64,000 nt of DNA from positions 1-64,000 of the IMG/VR virus record IMGVR_UViG_3300018080_000009; one strand, written 5' to 3'. Positions 16,244 through 27,284 of this stretch are shown piece after piece. Below the pieces are notes generated by a model that was given only the letters and a program-made list of their open reading frames with translations, was not told the DNA's origin and searched no databases. The stretch is from a virus. Position 1 is the stretch's first letter. Each line of letters opens with the position of its first letter. The position numbers and the translations under genes were made by a program.

Positions 16244-18973
16244 ATGGCCAGTGCTGGATCTCAGATGCTCCTTGGAATCCGGTTAAAGATCGATGCAAAT
16301 GGAGTAGTTACTGGGGCTTCGTTGGCTGACGATGCCCTAGAAGGTGTGAAGAAAAGTGCTGAGGATACTGGAGATGCCGTAGACCAAGCTGCGAAGAAGA
16401 TGGAGCAGTCTTTTGGTGCAGGCGGTGTTCTAGCTACGATAGGTGCAACTGCAGTAGGGTTGGGAAAGACCATAGAGCAGAAGTTTTTGAATCCTGCCAT
16501 AGATCAGGCCAAGACATTCCAGACTGAGATGGCCCAGCTAGGCTTTGTTACCAAGGCTTCGACACAGGAATTGGATTCATTACGTGGAGTAGCGATTAAG
16601 ACAGGTCTTCAGACTCAATTTGCTCCACAGCAGGCCGCTTCAGCTATTCGTATGTTAAGAGCTGCTGGACTTGATACGAAGACAGCGTTAGAAAGTTTGA
16701 ATGCTACTTTAGATGTGGCCACCGGTTCAGCAGGTATGTTGGGATTAGATACAGCAGCAACGGCCACAGCAGCAGGGATATTGAAATTTAAGCGTACTGG
16801 TGAAGATGCTCGGAAAATAATGGATACGTTTGCCCAGGCTACTAGGGAGACGAATCTTCAGTTTCATGATCTTCCGATAGTTTTGAACTCGATGCGTGCT
16901 GCACCAGCACGATTGAAATTGACTTCGGCTGAAGCATGGGCTTTAGCAGGTGCTTTGAAAAACGCAGGAATGATGGCCGCACAGGCTGGTCAAGGAGTAT
17001 CTGGATTTGCAGCTAGATTGATAATTAATCAGAGATCTGTTGAGAGATACCTCCAAAGACACAAGATCACTGAGGAGCAATTGTTCCAGCTTCCAGATAC
17101 TGCGAAAATGGATAGAAGAACGAAAGCGTTTAAAGACTTGGGTGTACATATTTTTGATGCTCAAGGCAAAATGCGTCCGATGATGGATGTCCTGAATGAT
17201 ATTCTTAAGGCTTCTGAAAAATTGACTGGTGAGAGTGAGAGGAAGTTCTTGACAGTAGCTTCTCAATTCTTTGGTGAGCAAGCTGGAGCCATGATTGAGG
17301 CTCTGAAACTGATGGAGCGTAATGGCAAAAAGGGTGCAGAAGCGTTTGAAGATCTGGTTAAGTCCATTGATAAAGGAAAAGGTGCTTCCAGGGAAGCTGC
17401 AGAAGCATTTGAAAACACTGCTCAGGGACTTGAGACATTCATTCAAGGTACTAAAGAGACGATTGATATTTTGATGGGTGAGACAATTGTTCCTACGATG
17501 ATGTCCTTCCATAAGTTGTGGAGAGATATACTCAATGCAGTTTTAGGTTTTGTTGAGAAGAATCCTGTGTTGGCCAAAGCATTAGGTACTACTCTAGCAG
17601 TGCTTTCGAAGATTCTAATTGTTGTTGGAGGATTGGCATTGGCTCTTGGTGCAGCTACTTTGGCTTCGGTTTTACTAGGCAAGGGATTGGCAGCTGCTGG
17701 AGGATGGGCTGGAGTAGCTAAGATAGCTTTCAGTTCTCTGTCGATGGTTCTCAAGGGTCTTGGAGCTGCAATGGGGGGCATTCTCCTCACGATGGGTCTG
17801 ATGTACCTTGGTATGAAGCTCTGGGCAGCTATCTGGGATAAAGATGCGAAAGGTATATTCAAGTCCATTCAGAATGTCCTTACGGATATAAAGCTGGTTT
17901 GGAGGGGTTTTGTTGATTGGTCTGATGGAGCTTCAGATGATATTGCGTTATTTGATGCATTGAAGGAGAGAAATCTTGATGGAATAGTGATGACTCTGCT
18001 TCAGTGGAGGGATCGTTTAGTAGCTTTCTTCGGAGGTATGTGGGAGTCAGTTAAGGAAGCTTTTGTTCCGATAGCCGAGGTTTTTTCATGGCTTTCCGAT
18101 GCTCTTGGTTCGATCATAGATTATTTCCGAGGATTCACGAGGGTGATTAAGGTCACAGATATTTCAGATCAGATTCAAGGGTGGAGATCTTTTGGTAGGA
18201 TCGTGGGGCATTTGGCAAAAGTAATTTTTCCGTTATTGCTTCTCCGTATGGCAGTATTGTTGACAAAGACTTTGGTCCAGACAGCTGCGTATATGTCTCA
18301 GGGTGCAGTACTTCTTCTGTTGAATGCACGAATGATTCTGTTTGCGGCTCTGATTGCTATTGTAGTTGCTGCGTATGCAGGTCTTCTTGTTCTGGCTAAG
18401 AGGGGTGGTGAGAAGCTCGGACCTTGGTTATTTGAATCAGCAGAGAAGGCGGCAGCAAAATTAGCTCTGCTTATTGAAGGAGTGAAGAGATTTTTGGGTG
18501 CTGCTGCTGATTGGGCTTCTGCTGCCTGGGATAGAATATTTGGTGGTGGTGATGAAGCAAAAGCCAGGATGGATATGGCCAGTAGTATGATGAAGGGTGC
18601 TTTCACTGTCAAAAAGGGTGAAGAAGATCTCATGAGAAGTTTGGTAGCTGCACAGCAAGCAGGATTGTCTGATGTAGTAGCTAAGAGAACATATCAGCTG
18701 CAGGAATTGAGAGCAGGTAGAGATCCAGAAGTAGCTGGGAAGCAATGGCAGATGCTTCGAAGGGAACAGTTGCAGCGAGAAGGTGCAAAGGGACAAGCTC
18801 AGCGTGGAGAAGGGGCAGGGATGTCTCTAGCTGGAGGGGGAGTACAGGTAGGTAATGTCGTTTTTAATTCTAAGGAATTGAGTAGGGAAGATATGAAGAA
18901 GGCTGCTGATATTTTCTTTGAGGAAGTAGAAAAGAAGCAGGATGAGAAGAATGAAACGGAGTTTTATCTATGA
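16244..18973 (+). CDS. Tape measure protein (TP901-type core)
   Basis: 909 aa, Ala/Gly/Leu-rich; TQFAPQQAASAIRMLRAAG core; hydrophobic segments. Confidence 0.92.
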   Translation: MASAGSQMLLGIRLKIDANGVVTGASLADDALEGVKKSAEDTGDAVDQAAKKMEQSFGAGGVLATIGATAVGLGKTIEQKFLNPAIDQAKTFQTEMAQLGFVTKASTQELDSLRGVAIKTGLQTQFAPQQAASAIRMLRAAGLDTKTALESLNATLDVATGSAGMLGLDTAATATAAGILKFKRTGEDARKIMDTFAQATRETNLQFHDLPIVLNSMRAAPARLKLTSAEAWALAGALKNAGMMAAQAGQGVSGFAARLIINQRSVERYLQRHKITEEQLFQLPDTAKMDRRTKAFKDLGVHIFDAQGKMRPMMDVLNDILKASEKLTGESERKFLTVASQFFGEQAGAMIEALKLMERNGKKGAEAFEDLVKSIDKGKGASREAAEAFENTAQGLETFIQGTKETIDILMGETIVPTMMSFHKLWRDILNAVLGFVEKNPVLAKALGTTLAVLSKILIVVGGLALALGAATLASVLLGKGLAAAGGWAGVAKIAFSSLSMVLKGLGAAMGGILLTMGLMYLGMKLWAAIWDKDAKGIFKSIQNVLTDIKLVWRGFVDWSDGASDDIALFDALKERNLDGIVMTLLQWRDRLVAFFGGMWESVKEAFVPIAEVFSWLSDALGSIIDYFRGFTRVIKVTDISDQIQGWRSFGRIVGHLAKVIFPLLLLRMAVLLTKTLVQTAAYMSQGAVLLLLNARMILFAALIAIVVAAYAGLLVLAKRGGEKLGPWLFESAEKAAAKLALLIEGVKRFLGAAADWASAAWDRIFGGGDEAKARMDMASSMMKGAFTVKKGEEDLMRSLVAAQQAGLSDVVAKRTYQLQELRAGRDPEVAGKQWQMLRREQLQREGAKGQAQRGEGAGMSLAGGGVQVGNVVFNSKELSREDMKKAADIFFEEVEKKQDEKNETEFYL

Positions 18974-19533
18974 GTGGTGTAACAGGTAGACCCGTTACTA
19001 AGGGATGGCTAGCCAGGGTTTCTGATGGAGAAATACAGGCCGTGTTTACGTTTCAATTCAATCCGTCAGAAAGAACTAGGTCTAGGGATATTGAATACAC
19101 GATAGTGTCTCCGGTAGGTTCGACAGAGCCTACAGCCGAATTTAGATCTGTTTCAGGTACGCGAATAGTTATGACTTTGCTTCTTGATGCTACAGAGAAT
19201 TACGATGAAGATAAGGAGGGTGTTGGGGCTCAATTGGCTTGGCTAGAAAGTTGTACAGAACCTGATATTGATAGATTCAATGATGATATTGGTCAATTCA
19301 TAGCTCCAAATGAATTAAGATACGGCATGGGTAAGGATTCATGGAATGTTGTGATGACTCGATTTAATCCTCGTGAAGTGAGATGGAATAAGTCAGGATT
19401 CACGACACGGGCATATGTTGACATTGAACTCCAGTCTACATACAGGGATATAGCTGCAATTAAGGCTCGATTGAACAGACTCAAGCTTCTTCGTTCTAAG
19501 GTTGAGACTGGTACTGTTATAGCAAATCAGTGA
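18970..19533 (+). CDS. Tube initiator / CIS tube-like protein
   Basis: FQFNPSE motif; follows tape measure. Confidence 0.7.
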   Translation: MSGVTGRPVTKGWLARVSDGEIQAVFTFQFNPSERTRSRDIEYTIVSPVGSTEPTAEFRSVSGTRIVMTLLLDATENYDEDKEGVGAQLAWLESCTEPDIDRFNDDIGQFIAPNELRYGMGKDSWNVVMTRFNPREVRWNKSGFTTRAYVDIELQSTYRDIAAIKARLNRLKLLRSKVETGTVIANQ

Positions 19534-19540
19534 GGGTGAC

Positions 19541-19840
19541 ATGACAGTTTTTGGTAACTCACGATATCGGTTCGGGAATACTCAGCAGATAATGGATAAA
19601 AATGGTGATGTGAATGCTGTTCACATGCTTAGGGATACTACGCAAGATCCAGTTCGAGGTTCAAAAGTATACCAGCTTGGTGCACCAGATACTCTGGAAT
19701 TTTTGGCCTTCAAGAGATATGGTGATGCGAATAAGTGGTACATTTTAGCGGATTCGAATCCACAGGTTTTCTTTCCATTGGATGCAGTTCCAGGTAATGA
19801 AATAGTTGTGCCTCCAAAGTCTGTAGCGGCAGTTAAATGA
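19541..19840 (+). CDS. LysM/tail X-like baseplate protein
   Basis: SRY...DTLEFLAFKRYGDANKWYILADSNP...PGNEIVVP. Confidence 0.8.
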   Translation: MTVFGNSRYRFGNTQQIMDKNGDVNAVHMLRDTTQDPVRGSKVYQLGAPDTLEFLAFKRYGDANKWYILADSNPQVFFPLDAVPGNEIVVPPKSVAAVK

Positions 19841-21333
19841 GTATACGTGAACCCATATGCATGATGTGGGTTGGGAAGAGACAGCTTCCGCAACAGCTTA
19901 TCCGTCGTTTGCGACGAGTTACGATCAATTTCCATGAGAAAAAAGCTACCGCTGGAGAAGCATTGTTTGATGATACCGATACGTTCATTATGGATTCGAA
20001 GATGTTCAGGAAAGGTACTCGCATAGCTCTCATAATGGGTTGGGTACATGAATTCATTCCAGTGGGTCCATTCATAGTCAAGAGCTACGGAATGCAGTTT
20101 CCGGATTCAGGCGATCCGAAATTTTCTTTAAAGTTTCAAGATCCGTCTCACAAGATGAATAAAAAGCAGAAGAAGAAACGACATCTTGGGACTCCTGAAA
20201 TGATCATCAAAAAATTAGCTCTGTCGCATGGATTGGGCTACGATATTGATACGATTACAGGATTGGAATTTACTGAAGACTTTCCTTTGATTCAGGCCAA
20301 TGTTTCTGATGCTGCTTTGATGCAGAGATTGGCTTTCAGGTATGGGTATGTCTGGGGAGTAGAAGGACAGAATCTGTACTTCAAGAAACCTGCGGATTTA
20401 GAGGAGGAAGGTGTTCAGGAACATGATGATGTTCCAGTTTTGTCTTACAGAATGAATGATTTTTCTCTTAAGAGTTTTATGCCTGACATTAAGTACTCGA
20501 AGGGGGGTAAGCGTAAAGCAAAGAACGAGCTTACGGAGAGTCTTGATGAATTGGGCAATGAGATTGAGGGATCTCTAGGTGAGTTTGGTAAATTCCTAGA
20601 GGGTAAAGCTGACGATATAAAAGAAATATCTCCTGAATTGGGAGATCTCATGTCTTCATTGAGTGGTCAGGAACCTGATGATGAGTTTGAAGAGTATGGT
20701 GAGTCCAATGATACGGTTCAAACGCAATCGGTAGTCATTGATTCAGCCAGTGGTTTTGTCGAAAAGATTACGAATTGGGTAAGTCAACAGGGTTCTGATG
20801 AACCGAATGAAGAATCAATTCCAGGGAGTAAGAGTGGTGCTGCTACTCCGTCAACTGAGGAAGAGGCTCAGAGGCAAGCTGCTGGGAAGATAATTGCTGC
20901 TTCTGAGATAATTACTGGTAAGGCTATACCTACGATAGCTTCGATGAGATGGCGTCCAAGAATGGGGGTAATACTGGCTGGAGTAGGCCAAAGATTAAGC
21001 GGTAAATATCGAATAAAGGGTGCCTTGCAGGAATATACCGAAGATGGCTTCAGAACTGAGTTGGATGTAGCCAAGCGCACATTCTATCCGGGTCCGAAAG
21101 ATAAAGATAAGATCTCGAAGGAGTCAGAATCCCAGAGTATGGGCCAAGATCCAGGAGCTTCGAAACCAGGCAAAGCAGATACTGCTACGGGACCTCCTCC
21201 AAAAGTAGAAGTGTGGATAGATTCTGCAGCAGGTACTGCCAAGAAACATGTTATTGATGGGCAACCAGATCCAGAACCTGGAATTCAGAGTATTTCAGGT
21301 GGTGGATATACAGATGAATGGACTCCCGAGTAA
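19837..21333 (+). CDS. Baseplate hub (P2 gpD/late control D-like)
   Basis: QANVSDAALMQRLAFRYGY, LYFK, GVGQRLSGKYRI...GFRTEL. Confidence 0.8.
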   Translation: MSIREPICMMWVGKRQLPQQLIRRLRRVTINFHEKKATAGEALFDDTDTFIMDSKMFRKGTRIALIMGWVHEFIPVGPFIVKSYGMQFPDSGDPKFSLKFQDPSHKMNKKQKKKRHLGTPEMIIKKLALSHGLGYDIDTITGLEFTEDFPLIQANVSDAALMQRLAFRYGYVWGVEGQNLYFKKPADLEEEGVQEHDDVPVLSYRMNDFSLKSFMPDIKYSKGGKRKAKNELTESLDELGNEIEGSLGEFGKFLEGKADDIKEISPELGDLMSSLSGQEPDDEFEEYGESNDTVQTQSVVIDSASGFVEKITNWVSQQGSDEPNEESIPGSKSGAATPSTEEEAQRQAAGKIIAASEIITGKAIPTIASMRWRPRMGVILAGVGQRLSGKYRIKGALQEYTEDGFRTELDVAKRTFYPGPKDKDKISKESESQSMGQDPGASKPGKADTATGPPPKVEVWIDSAAGTAKKHVIDGQPDPEPGIQSISGGGYTDEWTPE

Positions 21334-22670
21334 TGTATATGGATTCAGAATTTGAGGAACGATTTAGAGGTCGGTATTTCGGCAAGTATCGAGCTTGGGT
21401 AACGAATCGTTCAGACCCTAAAGAATTGTGCCGTATACTTCTCAAATGTCCAGCCGTTTTAGGTACTGAAGAAGAGTTGGGATGGGCTTTACCAAGCCCA
21501 GCTGCTGGAGGTGGAGTCAATACTGGTGATGTAAACATCCCTCAGATAAATGACATCGTTTGGGTAGAATTCGAGGAAGGGGATCCCTCTAGGCCATTAT
21601 GGGCTCCAGGCATGTGGACTATTCGTGATGGTGAGAATACTGTTCCAAAGCACGGTAGAGCCCAACCAGATACTACAGACTATGCTCGACGCGAATATGG
21701 CAATGTTCCCCCGTCTCAGTTTGAAGGAACTTATGGTAATAACCGTATAATTGGTGATGTTGCAGGAAATTTCTTAGAGCTAGATGCTACGTCTGGTGCA
21801 GAACGGGTTCAGCTCTCGCATCGAACAGGTACTCGTATCGAGATGCAGAGTGATGGTGGATTCCAAGAAGTAGTAGGTCAGTCTGCTGTACGACAAATTG
21901 GTGGTAAGCATAGTGTAGAAGTAATTGGTCAAGAAGAGTGGTATGTAGGTGGAGAGAGGACAGTCACAGTAGAAGGTTCTGTTACAGAAGAATACAAGGG
22001 CAAGGATTTTAATCAGAGTTTCAAGAATAGGTCTTCGTCAGGACGATCAGTAACGGAAACTCTTTCAGGTAGTTTCAGTCAGACCGTTGGAGGTACTTGG
22101 GATCTGAAGACAATTTCTCAGATGGGTATACAGGCTGGTGGACAGCTTAGTGTAAATGCTGCCCAGAACATGAGGTTGTATGCTTCAGAGAATATGGAGA
22201 TAATTGGTTCTAATGCCAATGGTCAGATTTCTTTGCCACCGGTACTCAATTCAGTATTGATTCATGGGTATAATGGTAAGACTGTAGTTCAAGCTTCAGA
22301 TATTACGGGTGAGATTTTTGTTCCTCGCATAGAGATGGATGGCATAACAGGATTTTTGGACTTGTTTGGTGGTGTTCTTGAGTCGGGTCAAATTGAACTC
22401 GGAGTGTCTCCAGGTGGATGGAATGTATTTCTAGGAGGTACTAGTCTAACGGCAGGTACAGAAGCTGTCATAAAAGGTACAACATTTTTGAGTTCTTTGT
22501 CTACGTTGACTATAGGTTTGCAGACGTTTCTGACAGCTATGGCTGGAGATGCTGGATTGGCTACGGTTGCTCCGACTACGGTTGCAGCAGCTACGGCTTT
22601 GAATATTATTGTCGGGACATTCATAGGTCAGTTGACTAATTTTCCGTCATTAAAGGTATTTACTGCGTAA
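21318..22670 (+). CDS. Baseplate spike (gp5/gpV/VgrG C-half-like)
   Basis: GKYRAWVT...DP, WALP, PQINDIVWVEFEEGDPSRPLW (gp5 OB domain) followed by beta-helix-like repeats. Confidence 0.88.
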   Translation: MDSRVMYMDSEFEERFRGRYFGKYRAWVTNRSDPKELCRILLKCPAVLGTEEELGWALPSPAAGGGVNTGDVNIPQINDIVWVEFEEGDPSRPLWAPGMWTIRDGENTVPKHGRAQPDTTDYARREYGNVPPSQFEGTYGNNRIIGDVAGNFLELDATSGAERVQLSHRTGTRIEMQSDGGFQEVVGQSAVRQIGGKHSVEVIGQEEWYVGGERTVTVEGSVTEEYKGKDFNQSFKNRSSSGRSVTETLSGSFSQTVGGTWDLKTISQMGIQAGGQLSVNAAQNMRLYASENMEIIGSNANGQISLPPVLNSVLIHGYNGKTVVQASDITGEIFVPRIEMDGITGFLDLFGGVLESGQIELGVSPGGWNVFLGGTSLTAGTEAVIKGTTFLSSLSTLTIGLQTFLTAMAGDAGLATVAPTTVAAATALNIIVGTFIGQLTNFPSLKVFTA

Positions 22671-22936
22671 TGTTGAGTAGAATAAAAAATGTATTGCCTA
22701 AAGCTAATCTCCAGTATTCAGAAGATATTGTAGAAAGAAGAAAGGTTTTGATAGAGGCATACAAAAAGGAGAAAGAGAATCCGAATCTTAGAGTAAAATT
22801 GTTGTTGATATCTAAGACCTTGAGGTTGCTTCAGTCTCAAGTGGTGTTTGAGAATATCAATAAGGTTAAGGCTTTGGCAGTGTATGAGAAGGACCGGTTG
22901 AAAAGAGAAGGCAAGGTATTGACTGATGGCTGCTGA
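22670..22936 (+). CDS. Hypothetical protein
   Basis: Translationally coupled within the baseplate operon. Confidence 0.55.
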   Translation: MLSRIKNVLPKANLQYSEDIVERRKVLIEAYKKEKENPNLRVKLLLISKTLRLLQSQVVFENINKVKALAVYEKDRLKREGKVLTDGC

Positions 22937-23888
22937 ATGGATTGAATTTGATCCGTCTGCAATTTTTCCAGATGAAATGGCAGCATTAGTAAGTGCTGTT
23001 GAAGATACAGTAGATGCATTGGTACCGGCCATTCAGTTACTTGCTGATGCGGTTCGTGTAGCAGCTTTGTTTGCCCAGGATCTGGTAGATGCTCAAGAAG
23101 CAGTCATATCGGCTATGCAAGATGCTATTTATCAAGCAGTTCAGCAACTTACTCAGACAGGAATATTTTGGACTTTTCATATGCCCGTGTCTTTGGCAGG
23201 TCCTATAGAGCCGTATACTTGGTTGAATGATTTGGCTTTGTCTTTTGATGACAGGATGGATCCAGAGAGACCAATTTTGGTTACACCTGCTTTTGTTGGA
23301 GCAGTTGCTGTTGCAGTGACTACGGTTGATTATGCTGATCTGTTCAAGCAGTTTCGTGCTCTATTTGATTTGTTCAATAAGCTCATAGCCAGTGCTGACC
23401 AGGTAGATCATTGGTATGATGATGACAATCCGTTTGAGGTAATTCCTGGTGTAGGTAAGGCTCCGAATTGGGGAAATATGACTTTAGTTGATGTGATACC
23501 TCCAATAGCAGACTTAGTTGATTTACTTCTTTCTTTTGCAGATTCTATTTCAGCAGCTAGGAGTGGATTATTAGATGATTTTGCTGATTTCTTGGATCAG
23601 AAGGCAGCTATTTTTCAGCAAATTGCTGACCAGATAGAAGAAATTCTTGATACATTGCTTTCGTTATTAGATGTGTCTGGAGCATGGCTGCTTCCGATAT
23701 ATGGAGAATTCGATACAGAGGACATAAAGACTTTGCTTAGAACTGCTGAAGGAGGACCGTTGGGAGTGTCTGGAGCTTCATACACTGCTGGTGTAATGTT
23801 CTTGGCTACAGGAGGTACGAGTTCGTCAGTAGCTGCTGATGCTTTGTTTGATTTATTTGGATTGGCAAAGGAGGTAACGGAAATATGA
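22926..23888 (+). CDS. Hypothetical acidic, helical baseplate-region protein
   Basis: 320-aa ORF overlapping both neighbours. Confidence 0.65.
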   Translation: MAAEWIEFDPSAIFPDEMAALVSAVEDTVDALVPAIQLLADAVRVAALFAQDLVDAQEAVISAMQDAIYQAVQQLTQTGIFWTFHMPVSLAGPIEPYTWLNDLALSFDDRMDPERPILVTPAFVGAVAVAVTTVDYADLFKQFRALFDLFNKLIASADQVDHWYDDDNPFEVIPGVGKAPNWGNMTLVDVIPPIADLVDLLLSFADSISAARSGLLDDFADFLDQKAAIFQQIADQIEEILDTLLSLLDVSGAWLLPIYGEFDTEDIKTLLRTAEGGPLGVSGASYTAGVMFLATGGTSSSVAADALFDLFGLAKEVTEI

Positions 23889-24265
23889 CAGATTATCCTA
23901 GTGGAATTGCCTTTCCGTTTAGGTTCATTGCTGCTGGTGGTGTTGGTAAGGCTTCTGGTGCAGAAAAGATTGTGTCGAATCTTAAGGCATTGGCTTTGTC
24001 TGCTCTTAGGGAACGTCTGATACGTAAAGGCGTAGGTACTATTGGATATGAACAGGTGATGCGTTCTGGTATAGCTGAAAGAGGGCCCATAATTGAGGGA
24101 ATAATACGAGAAGCGGCGGTAAGATATGAGCCCAGGGCTTTGAATTTAGAAGTAGACGTATATGAACGAGAAGATGCTCAAAAACAGAAAGCTACGATAG
24201 TGAAGATGTCCTTTATATTTAAGAACACAGGAGATCCTGTTACAATGAGTTTGGAGCTCACTTAG
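23885..24265 (+). CDS. Baseplate wedge protein (gp25/gpW-like)
   Basis: GIAFPFRF, ERLIRKGVG, RYEPR. Confidence 0.85.
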   Translation: MTDYPSGIAFPFRFIAAGGVGKASGAEKIVSNLKALALSALRERLIRKGVGTIGYEQVMRSGIAERGPIIEGIIREAAVRYEPRALNLEVDVYEREDAQKQKATIVKMSFIFKNTGDPVTMSLELT

Positions 24266-24274
24266 GAGGAAGCC

Positions 24275-26044
24275 ATGCCGACTGTGGAAACGTTATCTGG
24301 GAGTGTAATTACAGTGGACATGGGTACCAGAGACTTCGAGGGGTACCGTAGTGATGTTCTAGATGAAGGTGGGCTGGCAGATACCTATGCTCCAGAATGG
24401 ACAGATCGATCTGAATTAGATTTGGGCGTGGCTATGGTTGAAGGTTTTGCCTACATGGCCGATATTAATTCGTATTATCAAGATCGTTGTGCAAATGAAG
24501 CACTGTGGCCGGCCATTACTCAACGTCGATCGATAATCAAGCAGTCAGAGCAAATCGATTATACTTTGAGATCAAATGTCAGTGCTAGTGTAGAAATGAC
24601 ATTTGTCTGTAATGCTGCTGGAACAGTTCCGGCTAAAACTTCGATAAATGTAGATACCAGTGATGGTTCAGATTCAGCGCCTTTTGAATTGGAGAGTGAT
24701 TTTGTTTCTCCGGGAGCTGGAACATATACTGGTGAGATTGCTCTTCATGGAGTAAGCACAACGGATTCTCCTTGGTCTAGTGATGGGTCACCGGACCAGC
24801 AATTCGTCCTTGCAAGCTCGCCACTAGCCATGAATCCCGATGGCACATCAAGCCTCGAAATATGGGTCACAGCAGGGCCTACGACTCTCTGGACTCAAGT
24901 CAATAACTTCCTGGAGTCTGGTCCAACAGATGAAGTTTACCGTATTGAGATTGATGAAGATGATGTTACTACGGTTATTTTTGGTGATGGTGTAAATGGC
25001 AAGAAGCCGCCAAGTGGAGTCAATAATATTTCGGCTACGTATCGAGTAGGTGGAGGTACAGCTGGAAATGAAGTAGGTATAGGTAAGCTCACCAAGTTAG
25101 GTGGAGTATTTGCTTTTGTTGATTCCATTACAAATCCGGCCAAGCCTTCTGGCGGAATGCCCAAGGAATCGATAGAGGAAGCCAAGGAAAATGCTCCGGC
25201 TAGTCTGAAGGCTTTAGATAGGGCTGTTACTCATGCTGATTATGTAGCTTTGGCCAAAAAAGTTCCTGGGGTTATGAATGCTTTTGCATACCGTGGTGAT
25301 GGAGCTTTTGATGAGTACATTATAGTCGCTGCAGGAGGTTCCAATCCAGTTCCAACAGGTAATTGGGATCCATATACTGAAACGGGTTCAGGACTTTTAG
25401 GTGCAGTTGGAGCATATATCACAGAGAGAATGACTACTCCGGTTATTCTTCATATTCGTGCTGTTGAGGTACCCCGTATTAATGTCAAGCTTACGGCATA
25501 CCTTTTCAATAAGGTTCGTAGGGTAGATGCAATCAGAACTGTCTCAGAAGCTGTTGAGGCAATGTTTAATCCAGCAACTCAGGATTTCGGAGGACAGATG
25601 CCGATGTCAAGGGTTTCTGACATAGTTGAAGACATATCTGGTGTTGATTATATGGATTTGCATAGGTTCCAGAGAGTACCATATGGCCGTCAATTGGTTA
25701 CTTCGACTCCGGTACCTTGTGATATTACGTTCACAGATCTCATAAGTGGACAAGCTGCAACGAGAGATCGTTGGACGGTGCAGTTTTACAGTACTACGAA
25801 CTTTCGTGTTTATGGTGAATCCGCTGGGGATCAGTCTAATGTAGGAACATTGGGAACAGTGTATTACGTTGATGATGAAAGCCTATCGTTTTTAGTAAAT
25901 GCTGGAACAGTAGATCCAACGGCTGTAGAAAGATGGGAGATAGTAACTGGCTCATATTTGGGAAACATAGATCCTGATTTTGATGAGCTTTGTTTACTCT
26001 TTAATGATGAGATACAGTTAACGGTAGTAGGAGGATTGGGGTAA
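24275..26044 (+). CDS. Baseplate J/gp47/gp6-like wedge protein
   Basis: RDFE, PEWTD, YYQDRCANE, FGDGVNGKKP, YRVGGG, RAVTHADY. Confidence 0.9.
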   Translation: MPTVETLSGSVITVDMGTRDFEGYRSDVLDEGGLADTYAPEWTDRSELDLGVAMVEGFAYMADINSYYQDRCANEALWPAITQRRSIIKQSEQIDYTLRSNVSASVEMTFVCNAAGTVPAKTSINVDTSDGSDSAPFELESDFVSPGAGTYTGEIALHGVSTTDSPWSSDGSPDQQFVLASSPLAMNPDGTSSLEIWVTAGPTTLWTQVNNFLESGPTDEVYRIEIDEDDVTTVIFGDGVNGKKPPSGVNNISATYRVGGGTAGNEVGIGKLTKLGGVFAFVDSITNPAKPSGGMPKESIEEAKENAPASLKALDRAVTHADYVALAKKVPGVMNAFAYRGDGAFDEYIIVAAGGSNPVPTGNWDPYTETGSGLLGAVGAYITERMTTPVILHIRAVEVPRINVKLTAYLFNKVRRVDAIRTVSEAVEAMFNPATQDFGGQMPMSRVSDIVEDISGVDYMDLHRFQRVPYGRQLVTSTPVPCDITFTDLISGQAATRDRWTVQFYSTTNFRVYGESAGDQSNVGTLGTVYYVDDESLSFLVNAGTVDPTAVERWEIVTGSYLGNIDPDFDELCLLFNDEIQLTVVGGLG

Positions 26045-26050
26045 GCGTGA

Positions 26051-26416
26051 ATGGAATTAAGCAATCCATTATCGATATTTCAGCTAGACAAGCTAAGACC
26101 GCTTCCTCTAGTTGTAGATTTTACTCACGTAGACTTGCCTGGACCTCTTTTGATTGGAGAAGTTCCAGCGGGACATATTGTAAAGAATACAGTAGTATGG
26201 ATTAGGGAAGCATTTGATGGAGGGTTAGAAATTACCGTGGGAGATCTATTAGCACAGGCTAGATTACAGACTACAGCTGATAATCAGGCAGAGTATGTTG
26301 ATCATTTCAATGTAAATAACGTACATGAGTACGAAACCAATACCGACGTGTATGTGTTCTTTCCAACTGGAACACCTACGACAGGACGTGGTAGAGTAAT
26401 TGTGTTCCTCGACTAA
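26051..26416 (+). CDS. Small virion structural protein (beta-sandwich)
   Basis: Similar to the C-terminal domain of the 26446-27276 product. Confidence 0.6.
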   Translation: MELSNPLSIFQLDKLRPLPLVVDFTHVDLPGPLLIGEVPAGHIVKNTVVWIREAFDGGLEITVGDLLAQARLQTTADNQAEYVDHFNVNNVHEYETNTDVYVFFPTGTPTTGRGRVIVFLD

Positions 26417-26445
26417 AGAATGTCGAGCACAGAAGGAGTGAAATC

Positions 26446-27276
26446 ATGGCATGGTACGAGAAGATTAGAGGAATCATTGGGAATTTGTTCCAGCTTGACG
26501 GGCAAGATGGACCACAGATTAAGAACAATAGTGGAGTTATCGAAGCAAGAAATAACGATGACTCTGCTATGGCGTTGCTCAGAGGTACGGGTATTCCGTC
26601 AACAGGGTCTACCCTAGACGATCTACCAGATTTGCTGGACATGAGAGGTCGGGTAGCTGACATTGAATATTCATTCGATGGAGCCTCGCCTCCGTCTCCA
26701 GGTACGAATACTGATAAGTTTGGATTCGTTCATACGTCCGGTGGATCCTATACGGCTGGGGATGTTGTATATGACAATGGAACTGCTCTGATCACAATGC
26801 CGTCGAATGTTGCAACGCATTTGACTTCCAGGTCAGCAGTAGCAGGTACGATTTCTCTCATTGCCAACGGTGTTTATGCACGCCAAGGTGCGTCATGGGT
26901 ACTGAAAGGGGATGGAACTCCGACACTTCAAGGTGTTGAATTGGCGATTGCCGTTGATTATGATTTCAACGACACTACGGTTAATTCGACCACAGTGGTT
27001 CCCGATGGAGCAATTGTTACGAGGGTGACTAACTCAGTTACTACTGCATTCAATGACGTTGCTGCAACGCTTCAAGTGGATATCGATGGTACGAGTGATG
27101 AGACTGTCATGGCAACTACCGATTCCAAGCTGAAGAATACAAACGAGTATAGTGTACCTCAGCATACAGTTATCACTTCAAGTACTACAGGTACTGTTAA
27201 ACTGACTGTAAGTCCTGGAACTTCTACTGCTGGTGCTGGACAGGTGATCGTACACTACGTGACGCCTTACGCATAG
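26446..27276 (+). CDS. Virion structural/fibre-like protein
   Basis: Gly/Thr/Ser-rich; AAGGAG SD. Confidence 0.65.
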   Translation: MAWYEKIRGIIGNLFQLDGQDGPQIKNNSGVIEARNNDDSAMALLRGTGIPSTGSTLDDLPDLLDMRGRVADIEYSFDGASPPSPGTNTDKFGFVHTSGGSYTAGDVVYDNGTALITMPSNVATHLTSRSAVAGTISLIANGVYARQGASWVLKGDGTPTLQGVELAIAVDYDFNDTTVNSTTVVPDGAIVTRVTNSVTTAFNDVAATLQVDIDGTSDETVMATTDSKLKNTNEYSVPQHTVITSSTTGTVKLTVSPGTSTAGAGQVIVHYVTPYA

Positions 27277-27284
27277 GTCAGTAA

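Noticed and set aside
16943-17868. Long minus-strand ORFs here and elsewhere in the track
   Set aside because: Antisense shadows of + strand genes; no motifs or RBS, and all credible genes are on the + strand.
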